From: Candidatus Omnitrophota bacterium
GTDB lineage: Bacteria; Omnitrophota; Gorgyraeia; Gygaellales; Profunditerraquicolaceae
Direction of reading: 5' to 3'
Assembly (NCBI GenBank): GCA_023819035.1
Contig: JAMWCL010000003.1
Location: 1-52,830 of the forward strand
DNA length: 52,830 nucleotides
Both the position numbers and the translations under genes were made by a program. Shown one piece after another: positions 30,558-39,506 of this stretch (positions within the stretch are counted from its first letter, which is position 1; each line of letters opens with the position of its first letter). A model generated the notes under the pieces. The model was not told where the DNA came from, made no database searches, and saw nothing but the letters and a program-made list of their open reading frames with translations.

Positions 30558-31343
30558 CTAAGGGTATATCTTTGTAGGATAACCTTGCTGCTTTAATCTT
30601 TCCTCTAACCTTTGCGCCTCATACCGGGTTTTGAATCTACCCACCCTAACCCGATAAGAAGTTGATTCTTTTAAATTTATCTCTTCGATATAGGCAGGAT
30701 ATCCTTCTTTGATTAATCTTTCCAATAAGGTTTGAGCATTTATTTGATTAGAAAAGGCACCGACTTGGACTGTATAATAAAAATCTAAGGCATTATCTCT
30801 ATAAATTACTAAATCCGAATTCATCTTAAGTTCTAAACTTAAGGGAAATTCCTTTTCTAACCTTTTTAAATAGTCACCTATCTTCTCTATATCTCCCGTC
30901 TTAGCCCCGATTTGACTTAAACGATAATATACCAGAGCCCTAAACCTTATATAACGTGGATTATTAAGTATCTGCTGATAATAACCCTCTGCCTCTTTAA
31001 AATTACCTTTTAAAAAAAATATATCTGCTAATCCTAAGAGCGCTTCACCTTTATATCTACTTTCTTTAAATTCTTTTAGGATTATCTCAAAGATATCTGA
31101 AGCATGTAAATAATTACCATCTTTTAGATAACTTAAACCTAAAAGATAATATAATTCATCTAAATCATTAGTATCTTTTTGAATTCCTGCTAAGAGCTTT
31201 TCACCTTCTAAAATCGCCGATTTATATTCGCCTTTTAAAAGATGGGTTTTTACCCTCTCCAAATTCAAGGCATAGCTAGCAATATTAAAAACAAACAGAA
31301 CCCAGATAATTATTACCAAAAAGATTAAGATTTTAATTTTCAT
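30558..31343 (-). CDS. Exported TPR + SPOR-domain protein
   Basis: Signal peptide, TPR-like helices (YYLLGLSY, ALLGLADIFF), C-terminal YTVQVGAFS...YRVRVG SPOR domain. Confidence 0.85.
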   Translation of the reverse strand: MKIKILIFLVIIIWVLFVFNIASYALNLERVKTHLLKGEYKSAILEGEKLLAGIQKDTNDLDELYYLLGLSYLKDGNYLHASDIFEIILKEFKESRYKGEALLGLADIFFLKGNFKEAEGYYQQILNNPRYIRFRALVYYRLSQIGAKTGDIEKIGDYLKRLEKEFPLSLELKMNSDLVIYRDNALDFYYTVQVGAFSNQINAQTLLERLIKEGYPAYIEEINLKESTSYRVRVGRFKTRYEAQRLEERLKQQGYPTKIYP

Positions 31344-32466
31344 TTAATCCCTTAGAAATATTTTTCTGTAATTCTAATATTAGTCTATGTCTTCTTTCTT
31401 TCTCTTTTTTATCTACATTATCAGGGAGTTTCTCTGCCTCAGTATTTGGACGCACAGAGTATTTAAATATAAAGGCATTATTAAACTGGACATCCTTAAC
31501 TAAATTATAAGTATCTAAAAAATCTTCTTCTGTCTCAGAAGGAAAACCTACAATTATATCTGTACTTAAAGACCCTCTCTTTACAATCTTACGATATCTA
31601 TCTACCAGAGATAAATAAAAACCCCGCGTATATCCACGATTCATTAATTTTAAGATCCTATCCGAACCTGACTGAACGGGTAGATGCAGATACTGCTTAA
31701 GCTTTTGACAATCCGAAATCGCTTTAAAAAATTCCTCGGTAGCATCTTTGGGATGAGAGGTAATAAAACCAAATTCTTCCAATCCTTTAATTTCATTAAC
31801 TAACCTAATAAGTTTATTAAAATTAATGCCATCAAATTCATAAGCATTTACATTTTGACCTAATAATGTAAACTTACGGATTCCTTTATCTATGGCTTCC
31901 TCTATCTCCCTTAAAATATCTTTGTAATTTCGATTTCTTAAAGGACCTCTTACATAAGGAACTATGCAGTAAGAGCAGTAATTCGAGCAACCCTCCGAGA
32001 TAATTACATAGGCGTGCTCTTTATCCTGATAAAATCCACTGTGATAGATTTCTTCTGGACGCCAGGTTCCGTTGGTCTGCCAGATCTTTAACTGTGTAAG
32101 GGGCGATCGCTGATTAATTAGATTATCTATTATCTGAGGAATCTTACGGAGATCATTTGGTCCAACTATAAAATCAACATAGGGGGCACGTGTAAAGACC
32201 TTTTCTTTATAATTCTGCGCCATACAACCCACCAGACCTATAATTGGCCGGTTCTGTTTATCCTTTTTTTTGAAGCGACCTAATTCTGACCAGACCTTAT
32301 CCTCCGCATGCTGACGGACAGAACAAGTATTAAATAAAATCACATCTGCCTCATCGGGATTAATCGTTATTTGATAGCCATTATTAACTAATAAACCCGC
32401 AATAACCTCAGAGTCCCTTACATTCATCTGACAGCCGAAGGTATAGATATAAGTGTTAATCTTCAT
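31333..32466 (-). CDS. miaB: tRNA-2-methylthio-N6-dimethylallyladenosine synthase MiaB (no TRAM domain)
   Basis: TFGCQMN.RDSE, NTCSVR, GCMAQ, CSNYCSYC radical-SAM motif, TDIIVGFP; near miaA. Confidence 0.88.
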   Translation of the reverse strand: MKINTYIYTFGCQMNVRDSEVIAGLLVNNGYQITINPDEADVILFNTCSVRQHAEDKVWSELGRFKKKDKQNRPIIGLVGCMAQNYKEKVFTRAPYVDFIVGPNDLRKIPQIIDNLINQRSPLTQLKIWQTNGTWRPEEIYHSGFYQDKEHAYVIISEGCSNYCSYCIVPYVRGPLRNRNYKDILREIEEAIDKGIRKFTLLGQNVNAYEFDGINFNKLIRLVNEIKGLEEFGFITSHPKDATEEFFKAISDCQKLKQYLHLPVQSGSDRILKLMNRGYTRGFYLSLVDRYRKIVKRGSLSTDIIVGFPSETEEDFLDTYNLVKDVQFNNAFIFKYSVRPNTEAEKLPDNVDKKEKERRHRLILELQKNISKGLNEN

Positions 32467-32502
32467 TATTTTAAATTTAAATTAAAAGATGATCTATAAG
32501 CG

Positions 32503-33237
32503 CTAAAAGCGATATACTATACCAAAAATAAATCTTGAGATTCCATTTTTATCTACAAGGGGAGAATACTTAATCTCCTCTCCTAATAATTCATATTGGA
32601 TATCATTAATTAATGTCCAATGCCTTCCTAAAGGAACAGCAAATGTTAATCCAGTAATATAATTAACCGTATCATCGGGTTGATAAACTGAGCGCTGAGA
32701 GGTAACCTCTGAATCCTTTACGCCATAATAGTAATTCACCAAGTTATCGCTAAACCAGCTTATTCCTATATGCAAGGTAAGAAATCTTTCAAAAAATTCC
32801 TTTAAGATAAAAACACTTATCTGTTGACCTTCATGTTTATCTAAAAGATCGGTTAGGCCAGTGATAGTAAAGGTAAAGGGATTGCTATTCCATTTAACCC
32901 TTAAACCTGCCTCAAGAGTAGACTTACGATCCTGCATACCATTTAAATTAGGGCTATCATCGGAATTATAACCTGCCAAACGAACTGAATTAATAAAGCT
33001 GAATTTAAATTTATTAGTATCTATCAAATGAAAACCAAATAATGTCTGATCAATAAAGAATCTTTTATACTCTAAAGAGATTATCGGAACTGGGTAGATC
33101 TTGCTATCAACCTTAGTATAAGGACTCTGTTGATACATTACCCCCATACCAATAAAAGAATCCTTCTGAGAACAAAAGCCATCTGGATAAATAAGCAATA
33201 TAAAGGATAAAACTAAAACAAAATTTTTTTTATTCAT
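32503..33237 (-). CDS. MipA/OmpV-family outer-membrane protein
   Basis: Signal peptide, LNGMQDRK, YYYGV, SPLVDK, C-terminal YRF. Confidence 0.85.
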   Translation of the reverse strand: MNKKNFVLVLSFILLIYPDGFCSQKDSFIGMGVMYQQSPYTKVDSKIYPVPIISLEYKRFFIDQTLFGFHLIDTNKFKFSFINSVRLAGYNSDDSPNLNGMQDRKSTLEAGLRVKWNSNPFTFTITGLTDLLDKHEGQQISVFILKEFFERFLTLHIGISWFSDNLVNYYYGVKDSEVTSQRSVYQPDDTVNYITGLTFAVPLGRHWTLINDIQYELLGEEIKYSPLVDKNGISRFIFGIVYRF

Positions 33238-33259
33238 AACCCAAGCTCCTTTATAAATA

Positions 33260-33295
33260 TTAAGCCCCGCCTTTATCTTAAAAGACGGGGCTTAA
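33260..33295 (-). terminator. Stem-loop (probable intrinsic terminator or stabiliser)
   Basis: Minus strand TTAAGCCCCGTCTTT-taagat-AAAGGCGGGGCTTAA, 15-bp stem. Its single irregular pair is G:U only on the minus-strand RNA. U-tail is weak. Confidence 0.7.
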
Positions 33296-33315
33296 ATATA
33301 TATTTTACCTTGACA

Positions 33316-33999
33316 TTACTTTCTACTTTTTATACTCTCAATTAAATCATTAAGAAACTTCGCTGCCATATCTTTGCATCCTAAACCAAAGGCAAGCGCA
33401 AGAGCAAAACCTATCGCCCCTAATAATATCGCAATAATTAACTCGATGGTCTTTGTACCAATGTTAAGCTGTTCCATTGCAATAATAGAAGCAAAAATAA
33501 TCACGACTATCTCAACTAATCTACTCAATAATCTTGCCTGAGATAAACCTGCATTAATAGCTGCGGTCTGGACAATGTTCTTTAACAGAGCGCCTACAAA
33601 TATACCCAAGATTAAGATAAATATAGCAGCAATAACATTGGGGATATAAAGAACTATCTTATTTAACAAATCTGCAGCAATGGTTAGACCTATGGCATTT
33701 ACTACCACAACAAAGGTCACCAAAAGAACCAGCCAATAACAGATTACCCCGATTAACTCAGTAAGTGAATACCTTATCCCTCCTTTTACAAGAATCTCAT
33801 CTAGCTTTAGCTGTGCAGAAATATAATCGACAAATTTTACAGATTTCAGTACCTTGATGACTAGCGTTTTAATAAACTTAGAGATTACCCAGCCGATAAA
33901 AAGAATAATTACTACCAGAAGTACTTTAACAAAGAAGTGACCAATTTGGGTAAGAATCATCTTGCTAGGCTCGATTAAAATCTCTTGCCACATTCCCAT
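33316..33999 (-). CDS. Conserved TM-helix repeat membrane protein (CmpX/MscS N-terminal-like, no cytoplasmic beta domain)
   Basis: Two 'IxxxGWxIS / YIPNVIAAIFILILG' repeats, ALAFGLG motif; SD AAGGAGG. Confidence 0.75.
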   Translation of the reverse strand: MGMWQEILIEPSKMILTQIGHFFVKVLLVVIILFIGWVISKFIKTLVIKVLKSVKFVDYISAQLKLDEILVKGGIRYSLTELIGVICYWLVLLVTFVVVVNAIGLTIAADLLNKIVLYIPNVIAAIFILILGIFVGALLKNIVQTAAINAGLSQARLLSRLVEIVVIIFASIIAMEQLNIGTKTIELIIAILLGAIGFALALAFGLGCKDMAAKFLNDLIESIKSRK

Positions 34000-34022
34000 C
34001 CTCCACCTCCTTTATTTTTATA

Positions 34023-34051
34023 ACTTTATCATAATTATTAAGTTATGTCAA
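34023..34051 (-). promoter_or_regulatory. Hybrid promoter candidate for the TM-helix gene (-35 in IS left end)
   Basis: TTGACA (34051-34046), 17 bp, TGn-TAAAGT (34028-34023). Confidence 0.6.
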
Positions 34052-34725
34052 GATAAAATCAAGACTAACTGACAGCAAAGGATCTTTGTTTTCAGAAGCC
34101 AGTTATGATAAAATGTATCTTAAGAAAAGAGAATTTTAATTTTTTGTTGACCAAAGCCCTAAAAAGGATATAGTCTATGGCTCCTCCAGTAATGTATAAT
34201 GACCTATTAAAAGATATGTCCAATAAGTTTAACTATCGTTTTGGCTATGGTTCAGTATGCCAAAGAACACAACATCCTACAGGTAGCCTCTCATTTCGGT
34301 ACCTCAAGGCTCACTGTGCGAAATGGCTGTTGCGCTATGATAGATATGGCTCTAAAGGCCTAGAGGATTTATCAGGTGCGCCAAAAGTAAGACCAAACAA
34401 GATCCCTAAGGAGCTGGAAGAGAATCATTAAGCTCAGAAAAGACCTACCAGACAGATAACCGCGTAGAATTTATAGGCAGTTACAAGAAGAAAGAACGAA
34501 TTCCAATAAGGATAATTTATCGCCCTATCAGATCTTAAAACAAGAGACGCCACAGATAAACCCCAAAATACTGGCATTTCCTCCTGTTATCCTGGATAGA
34601 CTGCTTGAGCAGATTCCTATAAAAATATACATCCATTACGGCAAAACCAGAGTCAAAGAAAAAGTCGCCAGGGATGATAACTATGAATACTTATTGCGCA
34701 GGCAATTTACCATTTTATTTTGACA
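34046..34725 (+). mobile_element. Internally deleted, decayed IS481-like insertion sequence (680 bp)
   Basis: TGT...ACA ends; 14-bp terminal IR with 1 mismatch (TGTCAAGATAAAAT / ATTTTATTTTGACA); flanks AAGTTA and AAGTTT (5/6 direct repeat); transposase remnants inside. Confidence 0.75.
34177..34723 (+). pseudogene. Transposase pseudogene (HTH and C-terminal tail; catalytic core absent)
   Basis: Correcting frameshifts gives RLAMVQYAKEHNILQVASHFGTSRLTVRKWLLRYDRYGSKGLEDLSGAPKVRPNKIPKELEE-IIKLRKDLPDR*PRRIYRQLQEE joined to RTNSNKDNLSPYQILK...FPPVILDRL. Confidence 0.8.
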
Positions 34726-34748
34726 AAGTTTAATTTAGTTGTTATGAT
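34720..34748 (+). promoter_or_regulatory. Hybrid promoter candidate for comF-lptF-lptG (-35 in IS right end; leaderless)
   Basis: TTGACA (34720-34725), 17 bp, TGn-TATGAT (34743-34748); 7 nt to ATG 34756. Confidence 0.7.
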
Positions 34749-34755
34749 ATTATTC

Positions 34756-35478
34756 ATGTTAAAGGAATTCATTAATGGCTTAAAAGATATAATTTATCCA
34801 AAGGTCTGTATTAGCTGTAAGATATCGCTTAAAAATATTGCTTCGATGGATGAGATTATCTGTAATGAATGTTGGAATAAAATTCAAAGAAATCTGCCTC
34901 CCTTCTGCTATAAATGTGGTAGACATCTGGATGCAGTTATGGAAACCATCTGTAATAACTGTCTGAAGAATACCTTATATTTTGACCGTGCCTTTAGCCC
35001 CTGTGTATATGAAGGAATAATTAAGGAATTAATCCATGAATTTAAATATAAAAATAAAGACTACTTAGGATACACCTTAAGCAAACTAATGATCGAATTT
35101 ATTAAAAATTATAATTTACCAATGAATGATATAGATCTAATTATCCCTATACCCTTACATAAAACTCGATTAAGAGAAAGGGAATTTAATCAAGCCAAGA
35201 TCTTAGGTTTCTGGATTGCTAAGGAATTTAACAAGACGATGTCAGAGCAGATCTTACTGCGAAACCGTTATACTAAAACCCAGACGGAACTGGAATATCA
35301 AAAACGTAACTTAAATGTTAAGGATAGCTTCTTGGTTAGGCAAAAAGATATTATTAAAAATAAAAATCTACTGCTTGTAGATGATGTTTTAACTACAGGA
35401 GCAACTACCTCTTGGGCAGCTTATGCCTTAAAAAATTCAGGAGCAAATATGATATTTGTTTTAACTTTAGCCAGTTAA
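34756..35478 (+). CDS. comF: ComF-family double zinc ribbon + phosphoribosyltransferase-like protein
   Basis: Four CxxC pairs, PIPLH...R.FNQ, LLVDDVLTTGAT. Start moved from TTG 34720, which is the -35 box, to ATG 34756. Confidence 0.88.
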   Translation: MLKEFINGLKDIIYPKVCISCKISLKNIASMDEIICNECWNKIQRNLPPFCYKCGRHLDAVMETICNNCLKNTLYFDRAFSPCVYEGIIKELIHEFKYKNKDYLGYTLSKLMIEFIKNYNLPMNDIDLIIPIPLHKTRLREREFNQAKILGFWIAKEFNKTMSEQILLRNRYTKTQTELEYQKRNLNVKDSFLVRQKDIIKNKNLLLVDDVLTTGATTSWAAYALKNSGANMIFVLTLAS

Positions 35479-35482
35479 TCCC

Positions 35483-36586
35483 ATGAGAATACTCCGTAAT
35501 TATTTATTAAAAGAATTCATTGGCCCTTTGTTTTTGGCTCTAAGTGTGCTTACCTTCGTAATGGTCTTGGGTAATCTGATAAAGATGACTGACTTAATAA
35601 TCCGTAAAGGTATAGATCCTTATACAGTCTTAAAGCTTTTTTTATTTATGCTACCGTATCTTTTTAGTTATACCCTGCCGATGGCAGTTCTGGCTGCAAT
35701 CTTACTTGCCTTAGGTAGACTTTCGGGAGATAATGAGATTACCGCAATTAAAGCCAGTGGAATAAATTTCTTTAATCTACTATTTCCTCTTTATGTAGTA
35801 GGAATAATTTTAAGTTTAATTCTGGTAGTATTTAACACTAGAGCCATCCCTTATGCACATTACGCCTCAAGAAAGATTCTAAAAGAGATAGGAATAAAAA
35901 ATCCTACGGTAGCTTTAGAACCAGGTGTTTTTATTAATTCATTTGAAAGATATATCATATTTATCTACGAGGTTGATCAAAAGAAAAACAGACTCTATAA
36001 TGTACGTATATATGAACCCCAACCAGATGATAAACCTACCCGGACAATTGTTGCTAAAAAAGGTGAATTTATTCATATACCGGAGAAAAATCAAATAAAA
36101 TTAAAACTTATCGATGGCACATCTGACGAACCTGACCCTCAGAATCCTAAAAATTTCTATAAACTTAATTTTAAAACTTACTTTATGACCTTAAATCTTT
36201 CTAAGCTACAAAAGGAAGAGAATCTGGAGAAAAAACCAAAAGATATGACTCTCCGGGAACTAATAAATGAAATAAAGAAATTAAGAAATGAAATGATAGA
36301 ACCTTTGCCCTTTATTATCGAAATAAACAAAAAAATTGCCCTAGCCTTCTCCTGTTTCATCTTTATCCTTTTTGGTTCACCATTTGCTTTAATCACCCAG
36401 CGTCGAGAAAAATCGATTAACTTCGGTCTTACCTTCCTTATTGCAGGAATATATTATCTGATGCTTATTGGTTCAGAAGCATTAAGTCTAGAAGGGCGCC
36501 TGAATCCTACAATTGCAATATGGTTACCGAATATTTTTTTAGGTATTTTGGGTATACTGTTGACTTATAAGGTATGCCGGCTATAG
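35483..36586 (+). CDS. lptF: LPS export ABC permease LptF-like (YjgP/YjgQ family)
   Basis: ILRNYLLKE, LGRLSGDNEITAIKASG, six-TM layout with periplasmic domain, WLPN. Confidence 0.88.
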   Translation: MRILRNYLLKEFIGPLFLALSVLTFVMVLGNLIKMTDLIIRKGIDPYTVLKLFLFMLPYLFSYTLPMAVLAAILLALGRLSGDNEITAIKASGINFFNLLFPLYVVGIILSLILVVFNTRAIPYAHYASRKILKEIGIKNPTVALEPGVFINSFERYIIFIYEVDQKKNRLYNVRIYEPQPDDKPTRTIVAKKGEFIHIPEKNQIKLKLIDGTSDEPDPQNPKNFYKLNFKTYFMTLNLSKLQKEENLEKKPKDMTLRELINEIKKLRNEMIEPLPFIIEINKKIALAFSCFIFILFGSPFALITQRREKSINFGLTFLIAGIYYLMLIGSEALSLEGRLNPTIAIWLPNIFLGILGILLTYKVCRL

Positions 36587-36617
36587 TAGCTCTGTTTTAT
36601 TATACAGACTTTTAGTT

Positions 36618-37706
36618 ATGCAGATATTAGAGCGTTATATATTAAAATTCATATTGAATATCTTTTTTGGCTGTTTAATTATCTTTATCTTTCTTTACAT
36701 TATCATCGATATATTTTCACATCTTGATCAAATATTAAGGCAACAGGTAAGCTTTATTATCTTAAAACAATATTATTTTTCTTATCTACCTACTATCTTT
36801 GTACAGGTATCTCCTATTGCTGCTTTATTAGCTACACTTTATACCTTGGGAAGATTGAACAAAGATAACGAGATCATTGCCATGCGTGCATCGGGATTAA
36901 GTATCTTTCAGATAACCAAAGCGATCATGATATTTGGTCTTCTTTTAAGTCTCATTGTTTATTTGGTTGGCGAAAAATTACTGCCTGAATCCAGACAATT
37001 TTTAGAAAAAATAAAATTAGAGATGGAAGGTCAAAAGAAGAAAGAGGAAAGGGTTTTAAGCCAGCTTTCTATATACGGATTAAAAAATAGGCTCTTTTAT
37101 ATAAATAGATTTTATCCTCATGCAGATGTGATAGAGGGTATTGTTATATTAGAGCATGATAAAATGCAAAATCTCACCAAAAAAATCATTGCTGAAAAAG
37201 GAATCTACCAAAACGGGCTTTGGAAATTTTATAAAAGTATTACTTATGAGTTTGATAAAAATGGCCGGATAAAAGGGCAACCCGAATATCATGAAGAAGA
37301 GATAATGGATATAATGGAAACGCCTCAGGAGTTCTTAGAACAAAAACAAGAACCAGAATTTATGAATATAGCCCAATTAGACAATTATATCTGGAAATTA
37401 TCTCAAAGCGGAGCTACTACCATGGTTCGGAGTTTAAAGGTAGATCTTTACCGAAAGTTTACTGAACCATTTATGAATCTAATCATCATCATCATGGGAA
37501 TCCCATTCTCATTAAGGACAAAAAGAAAAGCCACTGGCCTTTCCTCAATAGGTATATCTTTTCTTTTGGGATTCTTCTATTATGGATTAAATGCCATAAG
37601 TATTGCCTTAGGTAAAACAGGTATTCTCCCTAGTTTTTTATCTGCCTGCCTTTCACATCTTATTGTTTTCTTTATCAGTCTTTACCTTCTCTATAGGATG
37701 CCTTAA
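36618..37706 (+). CDS. lptG: LPS export ABC permease LptG-like (YjgP/YjgQ family)
   Basis: ILERYI, LGRLNKDNEIIAMRASGLS; tandem paralog of the preceding gene. Confidence 0.88.
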   Translation: MQILERYILKFILNIFFGCLIIFIFLYIIIDIFSHLDQILRQQVSFIILKQYYFSYLPTIFVQVSPIAALLATLYTLGRLNKDNEIIAMRASGLSIFQITKAIMIFGLLLSLIVYLVGEKLLPESRQFLEKIKLEMEGQKKKEERVLSQLSIYGLKNRLFYINRFYPHADVIEGIVILEHDKMQNLTKKIIAEKGIYQNGLWKFYKSITYEFDKNGRIKGQPEYHEEEIMDIMETPQEFLEQKQEPEFMNIAQLDNYIWKLSQSGATTMVRSLKVDLYRKFTEPFMNLIIIIMGIPFSLRTKRKATGLSSIGISFLLGFFYYGLNAISIALGKTGILPSFLSACLSHLIVFFISLYLLYRMP

Positions 37707-38821
37707 TCTATATAGATACGGGTAATACGATTCCCTAAACCACAGACAATCTCATAAGGGATAGTACCGGAAAGTAGGGCTAATTCCTCAACAGTAATAT
37801 TAGATTTACCCTGTTTACCAATAAGAACGACCTCCTCATTAAGTCTTACAGGCAAATCTCCTATATCAACCATAATCTGATCCATACATATGCGTCCACT
37901 TATTTTGAAACGTCTTCCTTTAATTAAAACAGGAGCCAGATTAGAAAGATTTCGGGGATAACCATCACCGTATCCAATAGGTAAAACCACAATAGTAGTT
38001 TCTTTCTTAGTAATATAATCATGTCCATAACTTATACCGTAGCCCTTAGGGACCCTTTTAAAATAAACTATCTTGGTCTTAAGGCTAAGCAGGGGTTTTA
38101 ATTTTATATTTATATTCTTTTTCGGATAAAGGCCATAAATTATAAGCCCCGGTCTTACCATATTTAGATGACTTAAAGGATACTCAATTATACCGATACT
38201 GTTTGCTGCATGCTTTAAGGGTATATAGATACTCTGTTTTTCCAAGTTTTTAATTAAACTAATAAACTGATTTATCTGAGATAAGGTAAAATTTCTATCT
38301 GTATCCGCTAAAGGAAAATGGGTAAATATTCCCTCAATATTAATAAAACTTAACCGCTTTACCTTTTTGACAAATTTCTCAGCATCTTTATATAAAACCC
38401 CAAGACGGCCCATTCCTGTATCGATTTTAATATGTACATTTATAGATTTATTTTTTAATTTTGCCATATTATTTAAAGCCTCGGCCAAATCTTCGCTACA
38501 GAGGGTTGTCGTTAAGTTATACTCAAATAAAGCAGGGATGTCTTTCTTAAGTACCATACCCAATACCAGAATGGGTATCTTCATTCCTGCTTCTCTTAAA
38601 CTTATCCCCTCATCAATGGAAGCTACCCCTAAATAATCTACCCCGCATTCAACCAACTTCTTCGCTATCCTAATTATACCATGACCATAGGCATCTGCTT
38701 TTACAGTTACCATAATCTTTGTATCTGGATTTAAAAATTTTTTAATCTCTTTAAAATTATAAACCAGGTTATTTAAATTAATCTCCGCCCAGGTAGGCCG
38801 ATAACCAATTTTATCTTTCAT
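37703..38821 (-). CDS. alr: Alanine racemase
   Basis: VKADAYGHG PLP lysine, HIKIDTGMGRLG, GYGDGY, GRICMDQ. Confidence 0.97.
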   Translation of the reverse strand: MKDKIGYRPTWAEINLNNLVYNFKEIKKFLNPDTKIMVTVKADAYGHGIIRIAKKLVECGVDYLGVASIDEGISLREAGMKIPILVLGMVLKKDIPALFEYNLTTTLCSEDLAEALNNMAKLKNKSINVHIKIDTGMGRLGVLYKDAEKFVKKVKRLSFINIEGIFTHFPLADTDRNFTLSQINQFISLIKNLEKQSIYIPLKHAANSIGIIEYPLSHLNMVRPGLIIYGLYPKKNINIKLKPLLSLKTKIVYFKRVPKGYGISYGHDYITKKETTIVVLPIGYGDGYPRNLSNLAPVLIKGRRFKISGRICMDQIMVDIGDLPVRLNEEVVLIGKQGKSNITVEELALLSGTIPYEIVCGLGNRITRIYID

Positions 38822-38825
38822 ATTT

Positions 38826-39506
38826 TCATCTATTAATCTTAATTTGGCACTCTTTAGGATAAAGATAGATTGGTTTTATATCAAAAGGATTAGATAATTC
38901 CCCTTTATCTATCTTATCCTTTGCAGATAAAATAATACTGAATCCTTTTAAATACCAGTAATCTTTATCCAAAATAATAATGCCCTTTGCTGAAGAGAAA
39001 AGTTTTCTTCTATTATATAGATTTAATCCATCCCCCAGAAGTATAGTATTCTTCTTTATTTTTTTTAATAAGCTTTCTTCATCTAATAGCATATAAGGAC
39101 TTATTCTTCTTATACAGGTATTCTTTATTTTATAAATAGTGGTATAAACAAGATTCCGCTTAGCATCGATGATGGGCATTATAAAACCCGAATCTATCTT
39201 GACATTTCTTGCCAATATCTCCAAACTGGAAATGCCTATTATTGGCTTATTTAAAGCCCAGGCCATTCCTTTAATGGTACTAAGCCCTACTCTGATTCCC
39301 GTAAACGAACCCGGCCCTAAACCACAAGCCAGATAATCAATCTCACTAATATCCCAACCTAAAACCTCCAAGATCCTTTTTATTGTGGGGATAAGAATAT
39401 TTGAATTCTGTTTTGCTAACTCTAAATTATACTCGCATATTTTATCATCTTCAGCAATACCCACACAAAGAAAATTACTTGAAGTATCAATGCCTAATAT
39501 CTTCAT
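38826..39506 (-). CDS. tsaB: tRNA threonylcarbamoyladenosine biosynthesis protein TsaB
   Basis: Likely start MKILGIDTSS at 39506; GPGSFTGIRVG, IDAKR. Confidence 0.93.
   Translation of the reverse strand: MKILGIDTSSNFLCVGIAEDDKICEYNLELAKQNSNILIPTIKRILEVLGWDISEIDYLACGLGPGSFTGIRVGLSTIKGMAWALNKPIIGISSLEILARNVKIDSGFIMPIIDAKRNLVYTTIYKIKNTCIRRISPYMLLDEESLLKKIKKNTILLGDGLNLYNRRKLFSSAKGIIILDKDYWYLKGFSIILSAKDKIDKGELSNPFDIKPIYLYPKECQIKINR

Noticed and set aside
34020-34046. ATAACTT-N13-AAGTTAT inverted repeat at the IS left junction
   Set aside because: Short and AT-rich, and it overlaps the target repeat and -10 box; cannot be distinguished from chance.
34720-34755. N-terminal extension of ComF from TTG 34720
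   Set aside because: That TTG is part of the TTGACA -35/IS end; ComF-like sequence starts at ATG 34756.
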